Counted from the first letter of the stretch, positions 33,701 through 44,805 are shown. The stretch is DNA of 64,000 bases from Diplonema japonicum (GCA_964019335.1 OZ025688.1:248001-312000), one strand, 5' to 3'. Made by a program: numbers and translations. The notes: a model not told the origin generated them from the sequence alone.

Positions 33701-34369
33701 GGCTGCACCTTCCCCGAGTGCCCTGTCCCCAAGTGTGTGTCGAAGGGCCACACCTTCGTCGGGACCCCTGAGAGCGACAAGTGCCAGACAAGGAAGTACA
33801 ACTGCGACATCGGGATGGAGCGCTGGAGCGACGCCGAGTGCGGCTGCGGTTGCAGGCCGAACTCTTGCCCCGATGGCGAGTGCATGGGATGCGACGGGAA
33901 GTGCGCGCCAAGAATCTTCTGCAAGGCGAACCCCTGCTCGCTCCCTAGCGGGATGTGCGCGAACCCTGACGAGGAGTGTGTGACGGACGGCTGTGGCTGC
34001 ACGAAGTGTGGGTGTGAAAAGAGGGTGTGCGACAAGACAACCCACATCTGCCCTGATGGCACTCTCATCAACAGGGACCCCACCAACAACTGCGAGTACC
34101 CCAAGTGCCCTTCCCCTGTGTGCCCTCTGGACGCGAAGCTCTGCCCCAACGGGAAGTACGTGTCTAGGAACCCGAAGAACAACTGCGAGTTCGACCCGTG
34201 CGTGGGCGATGCCTGCACGGGCTGCAACAAGTGGCTGAAGTGTGCTTCGCTGGACTGCCCCAAGGCCCCTGGGAGCTGCTTCGGGTGCTGCCAGAAGTGC
34301 GTGATCGGGAACGACGGGACCTGCACTGGGGTGACCCCTGTGGAGGCCTGCCCGGTGAACACTCATTGA
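30785..34369 (+). CDS. Large secreted Cys-rich repeat protein, copy 2 (1194 aa)
   Basis: Protein identical to copy 1. Confidence 0.9.
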   Translation: MKLLLLVCIIALTEGRRPPTLWKLEKPCWNEKKCRNCDGRCVKEEKVQCLRDPCEDSPCGDEEMCVANYCGECSACCLEPKECNKQSRVCEDGSEVFRDPFNNCRFPKCPEPVICTTDVFECADGTYLSRGGPNCEFPECPVPACVPKGYTFKGVPEICKRMKYACPKGMVHWSDEKCGCGCKPEPVICTTDVFECADGTYLSRGGPNCEFPECPVKIPACAPKGTTLYHDAKTCQIVNFFCEEGFEHWSNPYCGCGCKPKAVVEEGCPKGQCADCDGKCIDQVFCIHNPCLTDNGGCAADEECVGSCGCFKCGCKKRVCTEDAFICPDGTSLSRDPANNCEFPECPTRVCTQEVKTCPDGSFVSRDSKNGCAFPECPPVPACVPKGYTFKGVPEICKRIKYACPKGMVHWSDEKCGCGCKPEPVICTTDVFECADGTYLSRGGPNCEFPECPVKIPACAPKGTTLYHDAKTCQIVNFFCEEGFEHWSNPFCGCGCKPKAVVEEGCPKGQCADCEGKCIDQVFCIHNPCLTDNGGCAADEECVGSCGCFKCGCKKRVCTEDAFICPDGTSLSRDPANNCEFPKCPVPACAPEGATFMGDHKTCMVIDFVCEDGFEHWNDVKCGCGCKPKKEVCPKGQCADCDGKCVDQVFCIHNPCLTDNGGCAADEECVGSCGCFKCGCKKRVCTKDAFICPDGTSLSRDPANKCEFPECPTRVCTQEVKTCPDGSFVSRDSKNGCAFPECPVPACVPKGYTFKGVPEICKRIKYACPKGMVHWSNEKCGCGCKPEPVICTTDVFECADGTYLSRGGPNCEFPECPVKIPACAPKGTTAFFAPKTCQIINFFCEEGFEHWGNPDCGCGCKPKAVVEEGCPKGQCADCDGKCIDQVFCIHNPCLTDNGGCAADEECVGSCGCFKCGCKKRVCTEDAFICPDGTSLSRDPANNCEFPECPTRVCTQEVKTCPDGSFVSRDSTRGCTFPECPVPKCVSKGHTFVGTPESDKCQTRKYNCDIGMERWSDAECGCGCRPNSCPDGECMGCDGKCAPRIFCKANPCSLPSGMCANPDEECVTDGCGCTKCGCEKRVCDKTTHICPDGTLINRDPTNNCEYPKCPSPVCPLDAKLCPNGKYVSRNPKNNCEFDPCVGDACTGCNKWLKCASLDCPKAPGSCFGCCQKCVIGNDGTCTGVTPVEACPVNTH

Positions 34370-35905
34370 TCACAAAAGATTTAGAAAAGAAAAAGAAAAA
34401 AAAAAAAAAAAAAGAAGAAAAGAGAACAACGCAACGAAAAAACCTGAAGGTTTTTATTATAGTAATTTCCCCCCCTTTTTTTTTTCTTTTTCTGAAAATA
34501 ATTTTATTCGATTTTATTCACCTCCCTCCTTTTAGTATTACCCCTCCCGTTTTTTTTTTTTTTTTTTTTTTTTTTATTTGGTAGGGCACACGCCACAACG
34601 GTGGGTCGTCGGCTTTTTACCACTTTTTCGTTCCCCCCCCCCCCCCTTTCCTATCATAGTGAATTTCCGCTTTCATTTTTCGTTTGTTTGTCTTGTGGGT
34701 CTATTTAAGACTCCCAGGCATATCAGGGGAAAAAAAGAAAGAGAAACAAACTGAATTTATTCTAGTTTACCCAACTTGTATGAAGAAAATACCGTTTTGC
34801 TTCTTTCTTTTCCAAATGGAAACTTTTATACCGGTAAAATGTGATTGCTTTTATCTTCAAAAGCCAAGGGGGTTCGTTTTCGTTTTTGCTGGCACCAGAA
34901 AAAAAAAAAAGAAATATGAGTTGAAACGGGAAACCGTTTTTTCTGGACAGTGGTTTTCAAGGAACAAACACACAAAGAAATATTTCTGACTTTGTACTCG
35001 CTTTTTTTTTTTTTTTTTTTTTTTTTCTTATTTTATTTTATTTTTTCTGGGCTTTTTCTTTTTTTTTTTCTCTCTCGAAATGAAGTTGAGAATAACCATT
35101 CCCACCTAAGAAAATAGAGAAGGAGTAAATAAAATGGAGTGCTGGCTTGTGCATGACTTCTCACTGTCACCCGGTTACAGTGGATTGACTGCAATCTTGT
35201 ATGCAGTGCTCGCTTTGAGTGCAAAACAGGTGAAGAGTCTTTCCCCCCCCCCCCCCCCCATAATCCACACTCTGATTTTATCGTAGCCACTTCATACTCT
35301 TGTTCTATTTGGGATTTTTTCTTTGCTGCCTAAACGTACAAGCCCATTATCTCGGGAATTCTGCAGAACTGTTGTCCCTTGCACAACAGGAGAGAAAGAA
35401 AAGGACAAAGTGGGAATGATCCATTGGGTCGTGTATCTTCGGGTAACCTACTTCCCAATGTGTGATCGGTTCTGTGGACCGCGGAGTGGAATGAAAAGGA
35501 GGTTACCAGAGGAGTAAGGAAGCTTTCCTTCTTCTCTCTCTTAATATCTTTATTTGTTGAACCTTCTACCGGTCCCAAAACGACCTCCACTCATCACTTT
35601 TCCCCTTTTTTCATCAGTTCTCAATTATTCCCTTTTTTTTTTTTTTTTCCTTTTTTTCTTATTGTTTTTGTTTTTCTTCTTTTTTTTTTTATTCTGTTTT
35701 TACCTCCCTTTTCTTCTCTTCGATACCCTTTCATTCACCCAGAAATATTTCAAAAGAGGTGTCGATCTCAGACCCTCAAAGGAGATATTCTCGGGGTTTT
35801 AGGGTGCAACCTCAATTCTTTTTCAACTGTTCTTTTTTGTTTTTCTTTCAACACGCACCGCCACCTCTGTTCAGGTTAATTAGAAGAAGAAAAAAGAAAA
35901 AAGAA

Positions 35906-38900
35906 ATGAAGCTATTGCTCCTTGTTTGCATCATAGCCCTCACCGAAGGGCGTCGCCCTCCAACTCTGTGGAAGCTTGAGAAGCCCTGCTGGAACGAGAA
36001 GAAGTGCAGGAACTGCGATGGGAGGTGCGTGAAGGAGGAGAAGGTGCAGTGCCTGAGGGACCCCTGCGAGGACTCGCCTTGCGGTGACGAGGAGATGTGC
36101 GTTGCGAACTACTGTGGGGAGTGCAGCGCTTGCTGCCTGGAGCCGAAGGAGTGCAACAAGCAGTCGAGGGTGTGCGAGGACGGGAGCGAGGTCTTCAGGG
36201 ACCCCTTCAACAACTGCAGGTTCCCGAAATGCCCCGAACCGGTGATCTGCACCACCGACGTGTTCGAGTGCGCTGACGGGACGTACCTGTCGAGGGGTGG
36301 ACCGAACTGCGAGTTCCCCGAGTGCCCTGTCCCCGCCTGTGTCCCGAAGGGCTACACCTTCAAGGGTGTCCCCGAGATTTGCAAGAGGATGAAGTACGCT
36401 TGCCCCAAGGGGATGGTTCACTGGAGCGACGAGAAGTGTGGCTGTGGCTGCAAGCCGGAACCGGTGATCTGCACCACCGACGTGTTCGAGTGCGCTGACG
36501 GGACGTACCTGTCGAGGGGCGGACCGAACTGCGAGTTCCCCGAGTGCCCTGTGAAGATTCCCGCCTGCGCCCCGAAGGGGACGACCCTTTACCACGATGC
36601 GAAAACCTGTCAGATCGTCAACTTCTTTTGCGAGGAGGGGTTCGAGCACTGGAGCAACCCGTACTGTGGGTGTGGTTGCAAGCCGAAGGCGGTGGTGGAG
36701 GAGGGCTGCCCCAAGGGCCAGTGCGCCGACTGCGACGGGAAGTGCATCGACCAGGTGTTCTGCATCCACAACCCTTGCTTGACGGACAACGGTGGGTGTG
36801 CTGCTGATGAGGAGTGTGTGGGTTCGTGTGGGTGCTTCAAGTGCGGGTGCAAGAAGAGGGTGTGCACCGAGGACGCCTTCATCTGCCCCGACGGTACCTC
36901 TCTGTCGAGGGACCCCGCCAACAACTGTGAGTTCCCTGAGTGCCCCACGAGGGTCTGCACCCAGGAGGTGAAGACCTGTCCCGATGGATCGTTCGTCTCC
37001 AGGGACTCGAAGAACGGCTGTGCCTTCCCCGAGTGCCCCCCTGTCCCCGCCTGTGTCCCGAAGGGCTACACCTTCAAGGGTGTCCCCGAGATTTGCAAGA
37101 GGATTAAGTACGCTTGCCCCAAGGGGATGGTTCACTGGAGCGACGAGAAGTGTGGCTGTGGCTGCAAGCCGGAACCGGTGATCTGCACCACCGACGTGTT
37201 CGAGTGCGCTGACGGGACGTACCTGTCGAGGGGCGGACCGAACTGCGAGTTCCCCGAGTGCCCTGTGAAGATCCCCGCCTGCGCCCCGAAGGGGACGACC
37301 CTTTACCACGATGCGAAAACCTGTCAGATCGTCAACTTCTTTTGCGAGGAGGGGTTCGAACACTGGAGCAACCCGTTCTGTGGGTGTGGTTGCAAGCCGA
37401 AGGCGGTGGTGGAGGAGGGCTGCCCCAAGGGCCAGTGCGCCGACTGCGAAGGGAAGTGCATCGACCAGGTGTTCTGCATCCACAACCCTTGCTTGACGGA
37501 CAACGGTGGGTGTGCTGCTGACGAGGAGTGCGTGGGTTCGTGCGGGTGCTTCAAGTGCGGGTGCAAGAAGAGGGTGTGCACCGAGGACGCCTTCATCTGC
37601 CCCGACGGTACCTCTCTGTCGAGGGACCCCGCCAACAACTGTGAGTTCCCGAAATGCCCCGTTCCCGCCTGCGCCCCGGAGGGCGCGACCTTCATGGGGG
37701 ACCACAAGACCTGCATGGTGATCGATTTTGTTTGCGAAGATGGGTTCGAACACTGGAACGACGTGAAGTGTGGCTGTGGTTGCAAGCCGAAGAAGGAGGT
37801 CTGCCCCAAGGGTCAGTGCGCCGACTGCGACGGGAAGTGTGTCGACCAGGTGTTCTGCATCCACAACCCTTGCTTGACGGACAACGGTGGGTGTGCTGCT
37901 GACGAGGAGTGTGTGGGTTCGTGCGGGTGCTTCAAGTGCGGGTGCAAGAAGAGGGTGTGCACCAAGGACGCCTTCATCTGCCCCGACGGTACCTCTCTGT
38001 CGAGGGACCCCGCCAACAAGTGCGAGTTCCCTGAGTGCCCCACGAGGGTCTGCACCCAGGAGGTGAAGACCTGTCCCGATGGATCGTTCGTTTCTAGGGA
38101 CTCGAAGAACGGCTGTGCCTTCCCCGAGTGCCCTGTCCCCGCCTGTGTCCCGAAGGGCTACACCTTCAAGGGTGTCCCCGAGATTTGCAAGAGGATTAAG
38201 TACGCATGCCCCAAGGGGATGGTTCACTGGAGCAACGAGAAGTGCGGCTGCGGCTGCAAGCCGGAACCGGTGATCTGCACCACCGACGTGTTCGAGTGCG
38301 CTGACGGGACGTACCTGTCGAGGGGCGGACCGAACTGCGAGTTCCCCGAGTGCCCTGTGAAGATCCCCGCCTGCGCCCCGAAGGGGACAACCGCTTTCTT
38401 TGCACCCAAAACCTGTCAGATAATCAACTTCTTTTGCGAGGAAGGGTTCGAGCACTGGGGCAACCCGGACTGTGGTTGTGGTTGCAAGCCGAAGGCGGTG
38501 GTGGAGGAGGGCTGCCCCAAGGGCCAGTGCGCCGACTGCGACGGGAAGTGCATCGACCAGGTGTTCTGCATCCACAACCCTTGCTTGACGGACAACGGTG
38601 GGTGTGCTGCTGATGAGGAGTGTGTGGGTTCGTGTGGGTGCTTCAAGTGCGGGTGCAAGAAGAGGGTGTGTACCGAGGACGCCTTCATCTGCCCCGACGG
38701 TACCTCTCTGTCGAGGGACCCCGCCAACAACTGTGAGTTCCCCGAGTGCCCCACGAGGGTCTGCACCCAGGAGGTGAAGACCTGTCCCGATGGATCGTTC
38801 GTTTCTAGGGACTCGACAAGGGGCTGCACCTTCCCCGAGTGCCCTGTCCCCAAGTGTGTGTCGAAGGGCCACACCTTCGTCGGGACCCCTGAGAGCGACA

Positions 38901-39490
38901 AGTGCCAGACAAGGAAGTACAACTGCGACATCGGGATGGAGCGCTGGAGCGACGCCGAGTGCGGCTGCGGTTGCAGGCCGAACTCTTGCCCCGATGGCGA
39001 GTGCATGGGATGCGACGGGAAGTGCGCGCCAAGAATCTTCTGCAAGGCGAACCCCTGCTCGCTCCCTAGCGGGATGTGCGCGAACCCTGACGAGGAGTGT
39101 GTGACGGACGGCTGTGGCTGCACGAAGTGTGGGTGTGAAAAGAGGGTGTGCGACAAGACAACCCACATCTGCCCTGATGGCACTCTCATCAACAGGGACC
39201 CCACCAACAACTGCGAGTACCCCAAGTGCCCTTCCCCTGTGTGCCCTCTGGACGCGAAGCTCTGCCCCAACGGGAAGTACGTGTCTAGGAACCCGAAGAA
39301 CAACTGCGAGTTCGACCCGTGCGTGGGCGATGCCTGCACGGGCTGCAACAAGTGGCTGAAGTGTGCTTCGCTGGACTGCCCCAAGGCCCCTGGGAGCTGC
39401 TTCGGGTGCTGCCAGAAGTGCGTGATCGGGAACGACGGGACCTGCACTGGGGTGACCCCTGTGGAGGCCTGCCCGGTGAACACTCATTGA
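35906..39490 (+). CDS. Large secreted Cys-rich repeat protein, copy 3 (1194 aa)
   Basis: Protein identical to copy 1. Confidence 0.9.
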   Translation: MKLLLLVCIIALTEGRRPPTLWKLEKPCWNEKKCRNCDGRCVKEEKVQCLRDPCEDSPCGDEEMCVANYCGECSACCLEPKECNKQSRVCEDGSEVFRDPFNNCRFPKCPEPVICTTDVFECADGTYLSRGGPNCEFPECPVPACVPKGYTFKGVPEICKRMKYACPKGMVHWSDEKCGCGCKPEPVICTTDVFECADGTYLSRGGPNCEFPECPVKIPACAPKGTTLYHDAKTCQIVNFFCEEGFEHWSNPYCGCGCKPKAVVEEGCPKGQCADCDGKCIDQVFCIHNPCLTDNGGCAADEECVGSCGCFKCGCKKRVCTEDAFICPDGTSLSRDPANNCEFPECPTRVCTQEVKTCPDGSFVSRDSKNGCAFPECPPVPACVPKGYTFKGVPEICKRIKYACPKGMVHWSDEKCGCGCKPEPVICTTDVFECADGTYLSRGGPNCEFPECPVKIPACAPKGTTLYHDAKTCQIVNFFCEEGFEHWSNPFCGCGCKPKAVVEEGCPKGQCADCEGKCIDQVFCIHNPCLTDNGGCAADEECVGSCGCFKCGCKKRVCTEDAFICPDGTSLSRDPANNCEFPKCPVPACAPEGATFMGDHKTCMVIDFVCEDGFEHWNDVKCGCGCKPKKEVCPKGQCADCDGKCVDQVFCIHNPCLTDNGGCAADEECVGSCGCFKCGCKKRVCTKDAFICPDGTSLSRDPANKCEFPECPTRVCTQEVKTCPDGSFVSRDSKNGCAFPECPVPACVPKGYTFKGVPEICKRIKYACPKGMVHWSNEKCGCGCKPEPVICTTDVFECADGTYLSRGGPNCEFPECPVKIPACAPKGTTAFFAPKTCQIINFFCEEGFEHWGNPDCGCGCKPKAVVEEGCPKGQCADCDGKCIDQVFCIHNPCLTDNGGCAADEECVGSCGCFKCGCKKRVCTEDAFICPDGTSLSRDPANNCEFPECPTRVCTQEVKTCPDGSFVSRDSTRGCTFPECPVPKCVSKGHTFVGTPESDKCQTRKYNCDIGMERWSDAECGCGCRPNSCPDGECMGCDGKCAPRIFCKANPCSLPSGMCANPDEECVTDGCGCTKCGCEKRVCDKTTHICPDGTLINRDPTNNCEYPKCPSPVCPLDAKLCPNGKYVSRNPKNNCEFDPCVGDACTGCNKWLKCASLDCPKAPGSCFGCCQKCVIGNDGTCTGVTPVEACPVNTH

Positions 39491-41026
39491 TCACAAAAGA
39501 TTTAGAAAAGAAAAAGAAAAAAAAAAAAAAAAAAGAAGAAAAGAGAACAACGCAACGAAAAAACCTGAAGGTTTTTATTATAGTAATTTCCCCCCCTTTT
39601 TTTTTTCTTTTTCTGAAAATAATTTTATTCGATTTTATTCACCTCCCTCCTTTTAGTATTACCCCTCCCGTTTTTTTTTTTTTTTTTTTTTTTTTTATTT
39701 GGTAGGGCACACGCCACAACGGTGGGTCGTCGGCTTTTTACCACTTTTTCGTTCCCCCCCCCCCCCCTTTCCTATCATAGTGAATTTCCGCTTTCATTTT
39801 TCGTTTGTTTGTCTTGTGGGTCTATTTAAGACTCCCAGGCATATCAGGGGAAAAAAAGAAAGAGAAACAAACTGAATTTATTCTAGTTTACCCAACTTGT
39901 ATGAAGAAAATACCGTTTTGCTTCTTTCTTTTCCAAATGGAAACTTTTATACCGGTAAAATGTGATTGCTTTTATCTTCAAAAGCCAAGGGGGTTCGTTT
40001 TCGTTTTTGCTGGCACCAGAAAAAAAAAAAAGAAATATGAGTTGAAACGGGAAACCGTTTTTTCTGGACAGTGGTTTTCAAGGAACAAACACACAAAGAA
40101 ATATTTCTGACTTTGTACTCGCTTTTTTTTTTTTTTTTTTTTTTTTTCTTATTTTATTTTATTTTTTCTGGGCTTTTTCTTTTTTTTTTTCTCTCTCGAA
40201 ATGAAGTTGAGAATAACCATTCCCACCTAAGAAAATAGAGAAGGAGTAAATAAAATGGAGTGCTGGCTTGTGCATGACTTCTCACTGTCACCCGGTTACA
40301 GTGGATTGACTGCAATCTTGTATGCAGTGCTCGCTTTGAGTGCAAAACAGGTGAAGAGTCTTTCCCCCCCCCCCCCCCCCATAATCCACACTCTGATTTT
40401 ATCGTAGCCACTTCATACTCTTGTTCTATTTGGGATTTTTTCTTTGCTGCCTAAACGTACAAGCCCATTATCTCGGGAATTCTGCAGAACTGTTGTCCCT
40501 TGCACAACAGGAGAGAAAGAAAAGGACAAAGTGGGAATGATCCATTGGGTCGTGTATCTTCGGGTAACCTACTTCCCAATGTGTGATCGGTTCTGTGGAC
40601 CGCGGAGTGGAATGAAAAGGAGGTTACCAGAGGAGTAAGGAAGCTTTCCTTCTTCTCTCTCTTAATATCTTTATTTGTTGAACCTTCTACCGGTCCCAAA
40701 ACGACCTCCACTCATCACTTTTCCCCTTTTTTCATCAGTTCTCAATTATTCCCTTTTTTTTTTTTTTTTCCTTTTTTTCTTATTGTTTTTGTTTTTCTTC
40801 TTTTTTTTTTTATTCTGTTTTTACCTCCCTTTTCTTCTCTTCGATACCCTTTCATTCACCCAGAAATATTTCAAAAGAGGTGTCGATCTCAGACCCTCAA
40901 AGGAGATATTCTCGGGGTTTTAGGGTGCAACCTCAATTCTTTTTCAACTGTTCTTTTTTGTTTTTCTTTCAACACGCACCGCCACCTCTGTTCAGGTTAA
41001 TTAGAAGAAGAAAAAAGAAAAAAGAA

Positions 41027-42847
41027 ATGAAGCTATTGCTCCTTGTTTGCATCATAGCCCTCACCGAAGGGCGTCGCCCTCCAACTCTGTGGAAGCTTGA
41101 GAAGCCCTGCTGGAACGAGAAGAAGTGCAGGAACTGCGATGGGAGGTGCGTGAAGGAGGAGAAGGTGCAGTGCCTGAGGGACCCCTGCGAGGACTCGCCT
41201 TGCGGTGACGAGGAGATGTGCGTTGCGAACTACTGTGGGGAGTGCAGCGCTTGCTGCCTGGAGCCGAAGGAGTGCAACAAGCAGTCGAGGGTGTGCGAGG
41301 ACGGGAGCGAGGTCTTCAGGGACCCCTTCAACAACTGCAGGTTCCCGAAATGCCCTAGTTTCCCTGCTTGCACAGAAGAAGCGAAGCTCTGCCCCAACGG
41401 GAAGTCCGTGACTAGAAACCCGAAGAACAACTGTGAGTTCGACCCGTGCGTGGGCGATGCTTGCAAGGGCTGTGAGTCGGCCTTGAAATGTCCCAGCTTG
41501 GACTGCCCGAATGCCCCTGGGAGCTGCTACGGGTGCTGCCAGACATGTGTAATTGGAAACGACGGGACCTGCACCGGTGTGACCCCTGTGGAGGCCTGCC
41601 CTTCTTTCCCTGCTTGCACAGAAGAAGCGAAGCTCTGCCCCAATGGGAAGTCCGTGACAAGGAACCCGAAAAACAACTGTGAGTTCGACCCGTGCGTGGG
41701 CGATGCCTGCACGGACTGTGAGTCGGCTTTGAAATGTGCCAGCTTGGACTGCCCGAATGCCCCTGGGAGCTGCTACGGGTGCTGCCAGAAGTGTGTAATT
41801 GGAAACGACGGGACCTGCACTGGGGTGACCCCTGTGGAGGCCTGTCCTTCTTTCCCTGCTTGCACAGAAGAAGCGAAGCTCTGCCCCAACGGGAAGTCCG
41901 TGACTAGAAACCCGAAGAACAACTGTGAGTTCGACCCGTGCGTGGGCGATGCCTGCAAGGGCTGTGAGTCGGCTTTGAAATGTCCCAGCTTGGACTGCCC
42001 GAATGCCCCTGGGAGCTGCTACGGGTGCTGCCAGAAGTGTGTAATTGGAAACGACGGGACCTGCACTGGGGTGACCCCTGTGGAGGCCTGTCCTTCTTTC
42101 CCTGCTTGCACAGAAGAAGCGAAGCTCTGCCCCAACGGGAAGTCCGTGACTAGAAACCCGAAGAACAACTGTGAGTTCGACCCGTGCGTGGGCGATGCCT
42201 GCAAGGGCTGTGAGTCGGCTTTGAAATGTCCCAGCTTGGACTGCCCGAATGCCCCTGGGAGCTGCTACGGGTGCTGCCAGAAGTGTGTAATTGGAAACGA
42301 CGGGACCTGCACTGGGGTGACCCCTGTGGAGGCCTGCCCTTCTTTCCCTGCTTGCACAGAAGAAGCGAAGCTCTGCCCCAACGGGAAGTACGTGTCTAGG
42401 AACCCGAAGAACAACTGTGAGTTCGACCCGTGCGTGGGCGATGCTTGCAAGGGCTGTGAGTCGGCTTTGAAGTGTCCCAGCTTGGACTGCCCGAATGCCC
42501 CTGGGAGCTGCTACGGGTGCTGCCAGAAGTGTGTAATTGGAAACGACGGGACCTGCACTGGGGTGACCCCTGTGGAGGCCTGCCCTTCTTTCCCTGCTTG
42601 CACAGAAGAAGCGAAGCTCTGCCCCAACGGGAAGTACGTGTCTAGGAACCCGAAGAACAACTGTGAGTTCGACCCGTGCGTGGGCGATGCTTGCAAGGGC
42701 TGTGAGTCGGCTTTGAAGTGTCCCAGCTTGGACTGCCCGAATGCCCCTGGGAGCTGCTACGGGTGCTGCCAGAAGTGCGTGATCGGGAACGACGGAACCT
42801 GCACTGGGGTGACCCCTGTGGAGGCCTGCCCCGTTGACACCCACTGA
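41027..42847 (+). CDS. Secreted Cys-rich protein, rearranged variant (606 aa): shared N-terminal ~110 aa + 6 x 82-aa repeats
   Basis: N-terminus identical to copies 1-3 up to CRFPKCP. Then six units of SFPACTEEAKLCPNGK...GTCTGVTPVEACP related to the single C-terminal module of copies 1-3. Confidence 0.9.
   Translation: MKLLLLVCIIALTEGRRPPTLWKLEKPCWNEKKCRNCDGRCVKEEKVQCLRDPCEDSPCGDEEMCVANYCGECSACCLEPKECNKQSRVCEDGSEVFRDPFNNCRFPKCPSFPACTEEAKLCPNGKSVTRNPKNNCEFDPCVGDACKGCESALKCPSLDCPNAPGSCYGCCQTCVIGNDGTCTGVTPVEACPSFPACTEEAKLCPNGKSVTRNPKNNCEFDPCVGDACTDCESALKCASLDCPNAPGSCYGCCQKCVIGNDGTCTGVTPVEACPSFPACTEEAKLCPNGKSVTRNPKNNCEFDPCVGDACKGCESALKCPSLDCPNAPGSCYGCCQKCVIGNDGTCTGVTPVEACPSFPACTEEAKLCPNGKSVTRNPKNNCEFDPCVGDACKGCESALKCPSLDCPNAPGSCYGCCQKCVIGNDGTCTGVTPVEACPSFPACTEEAKLCPNGKYVSRNPKNNCEFDPCVGDACKGCESALKCPSLDCPNAPGSCYGCCQKCVIGNDGTCTGVTPVEACPSFPACTEEAKLCPNGKYVSRNPKNNCEFDPCVGDACKGCESALKCPSLDCPNAPGSCYGCCQKCVIGNDGTCTGVTPVEACPVDTH
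41356..42833 (+). repeat. Coding tandem repeat, 246-bp unit x6
   Basis: Antisense track ORFs recur every 246 bp (41527, 41773, 42019, 42265, 42511). Confidence 0.92.
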
Positions 42848-43720
42848 AACAAAGCAGATTTAAAAGAATATGACTGAAGCTACTTTTGTACAATATGATG
42901 AAAGTGTCTTGCTCTCTGTGACAATGAACAATCTATTACTGTGTTCTAGGGTTCTAAACACTCAAGATAGTTCTTTATTGTGACAGTTTTACGATTTTTT
43001 TTTATTCCACTCATCTTCCATTCCAGATTGTGATTATCTAGTAATGTTTCTTCTTCTCGTGTATTGGAGTGAAATTAAATCACTCTTCTATAGACAACAT
43101 TACACCCACTCGCACTTGTGGAATCAAAAATGAGTTCTTCTTACATCTACGTCCTACCTTTCGTTTCGCCACCCCCACCCAAAAAATGAAAAGGAAGACG
43201 CAAAATGTGTCTGAACTTTTCTTCTAGGGATTGGCTACTATTTGGCACTTTTTCTATTTTTTTTTTAAAGGTGGTGGGGATAGCATGGAAAGATATTATT
43301 GGAAAGATCATAACCTGAGTCCTCGGGTTATCTTTTGTTACTTTTTTGCTGCTTTTTCCTCCACAGAACGAAGCAAGAAAATACTGTCCTTTTGTTTTCC
43401 TTTACCAAAAAAAGAATTCTCCTTTTTTTTTTTTTTAAAGGTGGTGTATAGTAGTTTGCTCTATAATAGTACCTCTTTGAATTAAGATGTTCCAAAAATG
43501 TTCTATAGAGCAGTGGCTCGGTCATTTTTTGAAGCATATCGAAGAGGAGGAAAGGACGGGCTCTCTCAATTTATCAAAATAGCCGGTGCTTGCCGCCACC
43601 AAGTACCGGCCTCCTTTGCTCCCTTATTTTTGTTTTCTCGTATTTTTTACTTACCTATTTACTTTGAAAAGAGGAAGGGGGGAAAAAAAAAAAAAAAAAA
43701 AAAAAAACACAAAAACAAAA

Positions 43721-44104
43721 ATGTCGATCAGGATGCTCCTCGTTGTTTGCCTTGCTGCTGTTGCCCTTGCTGACACGTTCCAGATCCAACAGTGCACGAA
43801 CAAGAAGGCGACCGGTAAAAAGATGAACATCAAGACAACAGGGTGCAACGCACTCACCTTCGGGAAGGCGAAGTTCAACCTTGCCCTCTCAGGGGTGAAG
43901 GGACGCACGTCAAACTCGACCCTCGTTGCTGTGGTGAAGGACTACCCGAGCAACAAGTGCACGGGGACCGTGAAGTCCACAGGCGCCGTTGCCTGTACTT
44001 GCGTGGGCAGCAATGCCTTCTCCTTCGTGTGCAACGGGAGTCCTGCCATCGCCATCCCCTCCCTCTTCCTCCTCGCCGCCTCCCTCGTGGTCTACTTGTT
44101 GTAG
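43721..44104 (+). CDS. Type A1 surface protein copy
   Basis: Identical protein to 11338-11721. Confidence 0.88.
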   Translation: MSIRMLLVVCLAAVALADTFQIQQCTNKKATGKKMNIKTTGCNALTFGKAKFNLALSGVKGRTSNSTLVAVVKDYPSNKCTGTVKSTGAVACTCVGSNAFSFVCNGSPAIAIPSLFLLAASLVVYLL

Positions 44105-44805
44105 GTTGGCGACGAACAAAGACAACAAGTTCTTTGTTTACTAAGATAACGGTTCACTTTACACCTCTTCCCCCCTCCCTTCGTTGCTGCTTCATTCTTT
44201 TGAATTCAAACTTGTTTAATTCTATTTCTGAAACAAATTGAAACATTCTTGTGTTTTTCAGTTTATTCGCTAGCTTCTTCTGTTTTTCTTCTCTTTATCT
44301 TCTCACTGTCCACCTCTGCCCTCCCAAAGGCAAAGGGGAAGTGGGCAAAGGTGAAGCGGAGAAGGGGGGTGGTGACAATCTCACCGTGAAAAGGCCGTCC
44401 ACTGCAGCGGTAGAATGGCAAGGAAGGCTCTTCTTTGCTGTTTTTGCGTGTGGATGTCATCCACTCCCCCTCGGCCCAAAATATACATCTTTTTTCTTTT
44501 TTCTTCCCTTTCTTTTTTACTCTTGCAAGAACGAGTCTTTGACTTGTCCAAACAAAAGGGGAACGTTGGCAACGTGTTTACGGGTTATAAACTTCTCCAG
44601 GTTTGCACCCCGACACATTACTAACAACGGCAATTTTTTTCCTTTTTCTGTCTTTCATGCTGTACTTCTTTTCCTGTTTTTTTTATTTTTTTTTTATTAT
44701 TGTTTGACTTTCAGCTTGTTGCCTTTGGGTTCACACCACTCACCACAGATTTCTTACCGTCTCTCCAATCCCAACCTTCAAAAACACAAAACAAATCCGG
44801 GAAAA

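Larger units (their letters stand above)
25661..41355 (+). repeat. Tandem repeat with 5121-bp period (three full units plus start of a fourth)
   Basis: The entire ORF track repeats at +5121 and +10242, including homopolymer-containing intergenic ORFs. Confidence 0.95.

Noticed and set aside
41356-42833. Regular repeats as a CRISPR array
   Set aside because: They are contiguous in-frame 246-bp coding units without unique spacers, in a eukaryotic context with no cas genes.
25670-42844. Very long antisense ORFs (1191 aa x3, 603 aa) opposite the Cys-rich genes
   Set aside because: They mirror the sense frame exactly and arise from GC3-biased, repetitive codons lacking TTA/CTA/TCA. They have no domain features.
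44251-44805. Long N-terminal extensions of small-gene ORFs (also 13098, 21371, 25532, 30638, 43586)
   Set aside because: These are poly-F/poly-K translations of homopolymer spacers from non-ATG starts. Paralog comparison fixes the true ATG at the signal peptide.
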